Both the position numbers and the translations under genes were made by a program. This document shows, piece by piece, positions 54,331-64,000 of a stretch of DNA of 64,000 nt (positions are counted from its first letter, which is position 1; every line of letters begins with the position of its first letter). The stretch lies in the NCBI GenBank assembly GCA_951406725.2, contig OX597829.1, positions 14,756,001-14,820,000 on the forward strand, read 5' to 3'. The notes beneath the pieces were generated by a model. It was not told where the DNA came from. It ran no database searches and worked only from the letters and a program-made list of their open reading frames with translations. The DNA comes from Octopus vulgaris. Lineage: Eukaryota.

Positions 54331-55688
54331 AAACGTACTAATTAACAAATCCCTAGGGACCCTGACAGATGCTACTACTCAGAGTAAGAAAAGATCTGGG
54401 AACAATACTGGCTAAAACGTGATTCCACACCGTTCAAAACCCCGGAATTCCCGCACCAGGGCCCGACCACCGGATGTATTTTAACGTCCTATCTGAGAGA
54501 TAGTAGTAGTCTGGCTGCAATGACACAGCGAGTTAATTCGCTTGCGGTGTCCAGCAAGCTGTAGGTTTTATGTTGTAGAAGCCTTTTCCTAAATAATTTG
54601 TTTTACAAAGGTGGAGAGGCCCCTGGAGTTGTGGGAAGGGTGACAAAGCGGGAACCGGACTACTTGATGGTCTCCACTTCAAATTTGCTGCCTTGTTGAC
54701 TCCCCAATGGCGTTCTTCTTTCCAAAAGCATTTATGGCCTATTCTTCGAATTGCTTCCATCATATGCTAATTAACCTGTAGCTGGAACAAGTGTTACTAC
54801 CGCTAGTAGACCCGAGAGCAGGGGGATTAAGGGGTGGTTCCACATCAAAACGGTGAAATTCCTGAACCAGAGCCCCACTACCGGAGGTTAGTCTGTGACA
54901 TGCAGGCTAATTGACTCATAGTACCTGGGAGCATTAGTAGCTAGGAGGTGGTTCCACACTCACCAAAACCTTGGAATTCTAGACCCAGGGCTATATCGTG
55001 GAATGCGGTTTAAAGCCATATTCAGGACTGAACATCTAGGCACTTAGACTGAAAAGCATAACTCCTGTTACAGAATTTGTTAGAAAACCTGTTAACATTT
55101 AACTTTGATACAAATCGATTCTTAAAAGTGGTTCTTAATTTGGTAAAAGCATATAGCTCTAAAAAATTAATTCCAGTGCCCAAAGCTAGATTTGTATTCT
55201 TTCTCGCTTTCATAATATTATACGCATTCATCAAATCTGTATGTGTATATATGTGTGTTAGTGTGTGTAAACGGATGTGTGTGGGCTGTGGGCGTATATG
55301 CATGCTTAAATATGTATACAGATACATGAATTGGTATGTACGTATATATATATATATAAATATATATGTTAGTGCAAGTATATCAGTCATGCTTTGTCTA
55401 TCTATAGGTGTGTGTATATATATATATACACACACACATACATATATAATATATACATATATATTCACTCACAAACACATTTGTGAATATGTGTATGTGT
55501 GATTGTATATCACGTGAAAAGCGTGGCAAGGAGCCAAATGGTCTATTTAACTCGCCTATTAATATGCGCTAACGAACAAACACATATTCACCTTCGCATC
55601 TGCATATACACACAACACTCACACACAAACTCGTTCACGCAGAAACATACACTCCGCAATATATATATATGTATCTGCATGAGTGTAC

Positions 55689-55731
<43 letters not shown>

Positions 55732-55748
55732 TTATATATATATACATA

Positions 55749-55784
<36 letters not shown>

Positions 55785-55826
55785 TGTATGTATGTATGTA
55801 TGTATGCATGTATGTATGTATGTATG

Positions 55827-55858
<32 letters not shown>

Positions 55859-56030
55859 TAATGTGTATATATGTATGCTTGTACACAATCATATATTTGT
55901 GCATCTATTTATGTGTCTCCCTCTCTCTCTGTCTCTCTCTCTCTATATATATATGTATCTATCGATGAATCTATATCTATCTATTATTCTCTCTGTCTTT
56001 CCCCCTTCTGTATCTCTCGATATATGTATT

Positions 56031-56089
<59 letters not shown>

Positions 56090-56816
56090 GCATGTATGTA
56101 TGTATGTATGTATGTATGTATGTATGTATGTATGTATGTATGTATGTATAGTCAAACACATAAAAACTTCTACTCAATACATTTATTAAACCAAAATGTA
56201 CAAAGCTAAATTGCATGCATATACATCTATATTCATAAATATGGATATTCTTATAGATATACACGCGTTGATATATAAATACCGATATGCCGATATAGGA
56301 GGGGCTTCCTCACAGTTTCTGTCTGCAAAATCGCCTCAGAAGGTATTGAATAGCCTCGGAGTATAGCAAAAGACACTTGATGTTACACGCTTTGAGACTC
56401 GGAACCACAGACTCGCAATAGTTAATCCAATATTTTGGTTGGATTATCTAGTCATTACATTATCTACATTACTTTCTATATTATGTAACTGTCACAATAT
56501 AATTTTCTAGGCCTGAAATTTTTATGGGGAGGGGGGACAGTTGATTAGATTTACTCCAGTACGAAACTAGTGCCTAATTTATCGACCCCGAAAGGACGAA
56601 AGACAAAGTCAATCTCGGCATAATTTGAACTCAGCACATAAAGACAGACGGTCATAATATACAAACATTTCTCACGGCACCAGTACACTGTTTACAGATG
56701 CTTACATTTTTAATGTTTACCATGAATTTTTCACAGGTCCAGCTAGTTGTTATGATTATTATTATTAGAATTAATTACTAAAGAACAGAATTTATTATCG
56801 TTATTATTATTATTAT

Positions 56817-57337
56817 TCTATGTTTGACGTTTGCTTTATATTTGTACAAGTTGGCTCCAAGTCTCACCCAGAGACCTCAAGAGACAACAGGTTGGAAGTT
56901 CATGCCTAGGGTGCCATATATTTGGTTTTGTACTTAGTGTTGTACTAGTGAATGTCTATAAAAACACATACGAAAATTATGTTTGTTTTAAAACTTGAGA
57001 TTACATAGAAAGTATTTTGCGTAGGATATGAGCAGTTCCCAAGAGCACTATCTTTTGAATTTCTGTCATTTTTGGGTTTCGTGGTATCTGAGTTAGGTAG
57101 CAATCAGCCCCTTTTGCTATCATTCCCAGGGCACCTATGACAACAGGTATTGTTTTAGTTTTCAGGTTCCACATTTTGCTGATTTCTATTTCAAGATCTT
57201 TATATTTGCTCAGTTTTTGGTAGGTCTTGACAGATACGTTTGTATCGATTGGGAGTCATATCAATTAGGAGGCATGATTTTTGTCTGAAGTATTTTACTA
57301 TGATGTCTGGCCTATATGCATCTATCTTTCTGTCAGT
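56817..57337 (-). mobile_element. R4/Dong-clade non-LTR retrotransposon 3' end (restriction-like endonuclease)
   Basis: TDRKIDAYRPDIIVK...CLLIDM, then KLSKYKDLEIEISKMW...IPVVIGALG...QKIVLLGTAHILRK, plus 3' UTR. Both ends lie in (TTA)n. Confidence 0.9.
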
Positions 57338-57374
57338 TTTATTATGATTATTATTATTATTATTATTATTATTA

Positions 57375-57452
<78 letters not shown>

Positions 57453-57468
57453 ACATCATCATCATCAT

Positions 57469-57514
<46 letters not shown>

Positions 57515-58590
57515 GGTGAACAGGTGTGGTCGTCTTTTGTCAGACGCGATTTTCCGCAGCTCGTCTCTTTGACGGAGCTGCAGACCTGGATCAAACGTAG
57601 ACCGAGAAAGGGCGCTTGGCACCTCGAGTGCCGTCAAGCCCTCTCCGCCCTCCGTCAGGCGGGCAATGCGATCGGTTACAGCTCCACTCTAGCGTTCTAT
57701 AGAGGGTTAGTGGAGGAAAAATGCGACGACGTTCTCGGGGAAACTCTAGGCGTTGAAGACGACGAATTGAGCGGTCTGTTCGGGAGGACTTTCGGGCCGG
57801 GGCCGATGGATAATTTACAGAGGTCGCTCGCCTGGCAGTGCTACCGAAGGGCTCTGCCTGTTCGAGATAAACTCTACCGGCACGGAAGTGCCGTCAGTAG
57901 GGCCTGCCCGAGGTGTTGCCAGGACGACGAAACCGTTCTGCACGCACTCGTCCAGTGCCCGAGTATTGCTGAAATATGGGTTTATGTCGAACAGCTACTG
58001 TCACGTGTAGGACGGATCCGACTATCGGCCGAATCCATAGTGAAGATTGCCCCGCCGACCTCCTTTAACAGGGAGGGCGAGGCCGTTTTCTTGTGCCTAG
58101 TGGCTGTGGCGAAAGAGGTCGTGTGGTGGACTCGTTTGAAAGGGCTAAAGTCAGACACTTTCCTCTTTGGTCAAGGCCTCATCAACTTTTTCAAGTTTCA
58201 CTTGAAAAGGAAGATGAGGTCAGAGAGGAAAGTGCTGTCCGATAGCAAGTTTTATGAAAGGTGGGTGAATTGTGCGAGACTGGCCAGTATAAATGGACCA
58301 GTTCTCAGGTTTCGCCTGTAATTTCAAAAAGGTAATGTAAAAGGAGAAAAAAGGGACTCTCTACACCCCTTTTTTGACCAGGCTCCCGTTGGCTTTTGTA
58401 GGGTTTTTTCCTCCAGGAACCTTTCGAAACGTCTCCCCCTTTTGGGAGTTTTTCATTGTTTTATAATTGTTGTTATTAAGTTTTTACTCGATGTTTTTTC
58501 AAAAACGGCAAAACCCTTTGTAACCTTTCGTCCTGTATTGTCCCTTTATGTAATCATGCGTGTCAGCCCTTGTGGCCAATAAAAAAGAAT
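57515..58590 (+). mobile_element. L1/Tx1-clade retrotransposon, 5'-truncated, with intact ORF2 C-terminus
   Basis: Open frame 57515-58321 with SLAWQCYRRALPVRDKL..CPRCCQDDETVLHALVQC (zf-RVT/CCHC). 3' UTR ends aataaaaaagaa; flanked by (ATC)n and (ATT)n. Confidence 0.9.
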
Positions 58591-58614
58591 TAATTATTAT
58601 TATTATTATTATTG

Positions 58615-59212
58615 TACTAGTGCAAGCTACTTTAGTTGGCAAGAGTATTTTCTCGAAGATTGGTGACAACAAATCTCTTCAAATCCCCAGAATCTTTCTT
58701 AAGATTCCCGCGGAATATAGGATGGTACTTATCTGCAGGTCGACAACGCAAGTTTCAATTCCAATATCCTTTTAGTCTTTTAGGTAGCATTTTAGATGTT
58801 GTGCCAGTTGTACGAACTACCACTGGTAGTCTCGGTCTTCGACAGCCTCATCTCTCTGGTTAGATCCTGGTATTTCTCAATAGTTTTCCATTTCTTAGAG
58901 TATCAATTCTACTATCATAGGGAATTACAAAAATGTACTACCTTGCACTGTTTGTTTATTTTGTCCTCTATAACCATATCTAATATTCTGGCTTCTGTAG
59001 CATGGTCAGTCTTTACTGCGAAGTCCCATAAGATCTTGTAATTCTCATTTTCTATCTCACTCTCTCACTCGTGTTCATAACACTTTTCTTCTGCTTTGAA
59101 GCCACAAAACTCGCCTACCATACCAATGCCTTTTTTGCCCACGCACTCGTGATTGCTGTTGTAATCCTTCTGTGCTAGCAACTGCACTCCCTGAAAGCAT
59201 CATAATGGGATA
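58615..59212 (-). mobile_element. Second, older R4/Dong-clade fragment
   Basis: LAQKDY..H....HW...YEHE...IENENYKILWDFAVKTDH...EKYQDL with stops and frameshifts; flanked by (TTA)n and (CTT)n. Confidence 0.85.
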
Positions 59213-59387
59213 CTTTCTTCTTCTTCTTCTTCTTCTTCTTCTTCTTCTTCTTCTTCTTCTTCTTCTTCTTCTTCTTCTTCTTCTTCTTCTTCTTCTTCTT
59301 CTTCTTCTTCTTCTTCTTCTTCTTCTTCTACTTCTTCTTCTTCATCTTCTCCTCCTCCTCCTTCTCCCCCTCCCCCTCCTCCTCCTC

Positions 59388-59419
<32 letters not shown>

Positions 59420-59472
59420 AATATTATTATTATTATTATTTTTATTACTATTACTATTTATTACTTTTATTA

Positions 59473-59688
59473 AGGCGGTGAGCTGGCATAACTGTTAACG
59501 CACCGGGCAGAATGCTTCACTGTATTTCGTCCAGCTTTACGTTCTCAGTTCAAATTCGGGTGAGATCGACTTTGCCTTTCATTCTTTCTGGATCGATAAA
59601 ATAAGCAGCAGTTGATTACAGGGGTCGACGTAATCGACTAGTCCCCTCCTCACAAAATTTGAGGCCTTGTGCTTTAGTAGAAAGGATA
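59473..59688 (+). mobile_element. SINE family B, alternative-tail variant
   Basis: ggcggtgagctggca...gcctttcattctttc..gatcgataaa...cccctcctcacaaaatttgaggccttgtgc, followed by (TAA)n. Confidence 0.8.
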
Positions 59689-59706
59689 ATAATAATAATA
59701 ATAATA

Positions 59707-59741
<35 letters not shown>

Positions 59742-60323
59742 AGGGCTAGTAATGCTTGACATATGTTTCATTAAATTTGCAAGCATTTCGAATATAAATT
59801 TTAGAAAAACTATGCGTTCAGCTTTGAGATTTATATCATCTTGAAGATAAAATGTTTGTCGCCATCTGATGTGTTTGTTTTTGCACGTTGTCCTCCAATT
59901 TGCAGGGAAACCTCGACTTCGTTCTGAATCTGCAATGAAAACTTCGCTTTTCCCTCCATGGAGAAAACATTAGACAAGTCAGTAAAACTTGTTAATGAAG
60001 AGAAGAGAAAAGACAGTGAAAGAGGAGTTGATTGGGATGCGCTATATTGTCGTTGCGAAAACAGATGATTGTGGAAGGTGCAACAACACATTTTAAGGCA
60101 AATAGACATGGAAAACTTTTAACAGAAACAATGAAGCCACCATCACCACTATCAACGTTATCATCAACAATAATAGCAGTATATCTATTGCCAAAATTAC
60201 TCAACGGTGTTGTATGGAACATTCTTTTGAATGTGATCGGGAAAGATATCAGAAAATGCCTGGTGAAACATGATCTCCTTGTTCTAACACCAGCAACAGA
60301 TATCGTTTCTCTCTCTCCCTCTG

Positions 60324-60360
<37 letters not shown>

Positions 60361-61312
60361 TTGATATATTAACAAGAATAAAAAGAGAATTGAAAATCCG
60401 ACCCTAGCGCAGGTGGGTGAAAGTGGCAAAAATGACAGGAGTGGCTGTACCGCTCTAAGTATAAATCTGTGTGTCGAAAAATAGGAATTAGAGTGGGCAC
60501 TTGTTCTTGGTGTTCAGGGGGTATCTTGAAGGGTAGGGTTCATTGACTTTCCCCAGAGAACTTCTTGTACCGGAAGAATCAAATTATTGTGACAGTTTTT
60601 GTTTTCTTTTACTGATTTATAGGATGTATAATATTTTTTGTTGATATCTATTTCGTGTACACCTACTATTTTACCCATCATTTCATTCTATGTAAGTCCT
60701 CACCAAAGAAATTACCATTATAATTGTTGTTGTTGTTGCTATTATCACTGAGAAGCCGGTGAATGTAGCGTAACTGGCGCGAGTAAATGATCCTGGTTTA
60801 AGCACACGCCTGTAGACTGGAGTTTATGGAGGAGAAAGCAGCGCTTGCCGTGGTCGGGATCTGCTGACTTCTTTGGTTGCCACTGAATGGCATTTTCTTC
60901 ATATTAGTAACTTTTAAGATTTCTCTCTCAAATTGTTATTTTTTTTTTATTGTTCACACGTTTCTAAGATAATCTTTACTGTCTTTTGGTTTGTATAACC
61001 CTAAATGTTTTTGAGTCTTTGTAGCTATTAAAAAAAAGAATAAAAAATATTTTTAAAAGAGCGAATATCTGTTGTAAAACATTCCTTGGCAAGAAGTACG
61101 GTTGTATAATGGTGCGGAAATTGTGTTGAAATTAAGGTTGACATAGCAGTGATGATGATGATATAGTAATAATAACAACATAAATAATAAGTAATGATTA
61201 TAATATACATAATAATAGATAATAAATATAAATAATAAATAATAAAATAAAAATAATAAAGATATAAATAATAGTAATAATGATGATAATAATAATAATG
61301 ATAATAATGATG

Positions 61313-61364
<52 letters not shown>

Positions 61365-61485
61365 TAAAGATATAAATAATGAGAAGAAAAGTGGTTGAAG
61401 AAAACGATGATGGCAATGATAATGAGCAAAAAGAATAGAAAAGGGAAGAAAAATAGAAAGACGTGGAAGACGACAACGACAAAAA

Positions 61486-61564
<79 letters not shown>

Positions 61565-62402
61565 AAGATGTAGGTGAAGTAGATATTGTAGGATATAAGA
61601 ATTATTGTAACAATGCATCGCTATCAGTTTCAAAATGTGATTGAAGTGTAACGAGACTTGAATGATGGTTGGTTAAAAGAGAGATCTTTGAAAACGGAGG
61701 ATAATGTAGAAGGAAAAGAAAGAAAAAGATAGATTATGAGAAGAAACGGGGAAAGGAAATTAAGAACGGGGTATGTAAGTTAGGAGAGGGGAGATGAAGA
61801 GGGAAAAGGAGGATGTGAAGGAGAAGATGGAGAAAGAAAGACGAAGAAAATGAAGAACAAGAAGAAAAGAAGAAGAAGAAGAAGAAGAAGAAGAAGAAGA
61901 AGAAGAAGAAGAAGAAGAAGAAATAGAAGAATAGTAGTAGGAGTAATGCATCAATATAAGTTTCAACATGTGATTGAAGTCTAACGAGACTTGAGAGATC
62001 TTGAAAAATGGCGGATAATGGAGAAGGAAAAGAAAGAAAATGATAGATTATCAGAAGAAATGAGGTAAGGAAATTAGAAATGAAGTGTATATAGAGGTGA
62101 GAAAAAGAAGAAGAACGAAAGAAATAAAGAGATAGATTGTCAGAAGAAATAAGGAAAGGAAATTAAGAATGGAGTGTGTAAGTCATGACAGGGAAAAATA
62201 GAAAAGAAGAGGAGAAGGGAAGGAAAGGAAGAGAAGACAGACTATCAGAAGAAATGAGAAAAGGAAATTAGGCATTGGTGTGTAAGCCAGGAGTGAGATA
62301 GAAGGGAAAATGCAATTATCGGTTCTTTATTCGTTGGTGACGATGTTGTTGTTTTCATTTGAAGACATCATCATTTTAACTACTTCTCTTCTTCTTCCTC
62401 TG

Positions 62403-62653
62403 TCTTCTTCTTCTTCTTCTTCTTCTTCTTCTTCTTCTTCTTCTTCTTCTTCTTCTTCTTCTTCTTCTTCTTCTTCTTCTTCTTCTTCTTCTTCTTCTTC
62501 TTCTTCTTCTTCTTCTTCTTCTTCTTCTTCTTCTTCTTCTTCGTCTTCTTCTTCTTCTTCTTCTTCTTCTTCTTCGTCTTCTTCTTCTTCTTCTTCTTCT
62601 TCTTCTTCTTCTTCTTCTTCTTCTTCTTCTTCTTCTTCTTCTTCTTCTTCTTC
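62403..62653 (+). repeat. (TTC)n polypyrimidine microsatellite
   Basis: About 250 bp near-perfect trinucleotide tract; a similar one lies at 59214-59330. Confidence 0.97.
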
Positions 62654-62919
62654 AGCTTGTCCTCTTCATTCACAATCTCCTTTTCTTTTGTTTCTTCTAC
62701 TTCTCTTTCTTGTTTATTCTCCTTTTCCCTCTCCGTCTTCTTGTTCTTTTCTTGTTTCCTTCTTTCCTTTCTTTTTCTTCCCAACTCTTCTTCATTTATC
62801 CCTCGTTCCCCCTTCTTCCTCTTCCCTCCTTCCTCTCCCCTCCCTCCTTTTTTCTCTCCCTCCTCTCCTTCCCCCCATGCTCCTCATTCTTCCTCTCCCT
62901 CTCCTCCCCGCTTCTTCTT

Positions 62920-62950
<31 letters not shown>

Positions 62951-63377
62951 TTTACACACTCCATTCCTAATTTCCTTTCCTCATTCCTTCTAATAAATCT
63001 TTCTCTTTTTTCCTCTCCATTATCCTCAATTCTTCAAGATCTCTCTTTTAACCGACCATCATTCAAGTCTCGTTACACTTCAATCACCTTTTGAAATTTA
63101 TTTCGATGCATTGTTATTATTCTCATTTCCTCCTCCTTCTACTCATTCTCCTCTTTCTCCTCCTCTCCTTCGTATTCTTCTTCCTGCACTTCTTTCCTAC
63201 TTCTTCATTTTCCTTTTATTTACCACTTCGTCATATCCTCCTCCTCCTCCTCTCCCTTCTTCTTCCGTTCTTAGAACAAGATCCACTTGAGGTCGACAAA
63301 ACAAGTACCAGTTGATGTAATCGACTACTGCGTTACCCCAAAGTTTCAGGCCTTGTGCCAATAAGGAAAAGTTATTA

Positions 63378-63729
63378 AGGCTCAGTTAGAATTTTTAGCA
63401 TCGCGCTCAAAAAGGTCCCTGAATAACGATTGTTGAACGAACCACCCATCTTTCCAAAGGTGAATTATTCAAACCCCAAAGAATCCCTCGCAACACATGG
63501 CTATGATGCTCCCCCACTACTTCTGCTCGTGATCAGAGATGCACATATCGTCAGCCACTAAGGGACATACTCAACTGGTTATGGTCAAATAACTGACAAG
63601 CAAATCTGTGGAGTTGGGATAGAATATTTGCTGTAGCCCATCTTTTATACCAAGACAAAACAATGTACATGATAACACTTCCAATCAGTTAAGATCAGAA
63701 GCCATGAGAGCCACTGCCTGGTACTGCAT
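63378..63729. repeat. Unclassified interspersed repeat abutting (ATT)n
   Basis: Normal-complexity non-coding island with a sharp boundary to the trinucleotide tract; no second copy in the window. Confidence 0.4.
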
Positions 63730-63743
63730 TATTATTATTATTA

Positions 63744-63819
<76 letters not shown>

Positions 63820-64000
63820 CATTGTTGTTGTTGTTGTCTTTTTGTTGTTATCGGTCTTAGTATTCTTATTTGCTTGGGTCCCTTGTGTAGGTTTGTGTGT
63901 GTGTGTGTGTGTTTGTGTATGTGTAGTTACCTATGTGTCTATGTCTGTTTGAATCTGTGTGTAAAAGAAGAAAAATGTAACAAAAGTAGGAAAAATAAAG

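Noticed and set aside
59830-60330. Normal-complexity stretch considered as the next carboxypeptidase exon
   Set aside because: No WVL / KY.GN.HG.E-like motif or consistent splice sites found in any frame.

Overview
AT-rich, microsatellite-saturated animal genomic DNA, essentially intronic or intergenic. The repeat families and microsatellite density suggest an octopus or other coleoid cephalopod (inference, not verified). Only one host exon can be supported: 42570-42805 (+), encoding a signal peptide and the N-terminus of an M14B (N/E-type) metallocarboxypeptidase, most like carboxypeptidase M/D. Its next exon was not found in the remaining 21 kb. Almost all ORFs in the supplied track are microsatellite artefacts. 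The rest of the window is mobile DNA: three tRNA-derived SINE families; RTE, CR1, Tx1/L1 and R4/Dong LINE fragments; two non-autonomous Helitron families; mariner/Tc1 fossils; a 9-bp-TSD MITE carrying (CCCTAA)3; and a decayed Penelope-like GIY-YIG domain. The most interesting signal is a set of small non-coding fold-back (inverted-duplicated) elements lodged in (TA)n tracts at about 7.7-8.8, 19.9, 27.0, 27.4 and 49.9 kb. Several carry type I hammerhead-ribozyme motifs, and the 27.35-27.92 kb copy has an intact core on both arms. They look like multiple non-autonomous Penelope-like/retrozyme-like families targeting TA microsatellites. All calls were made by eye; no folding, alignment or database search was run.
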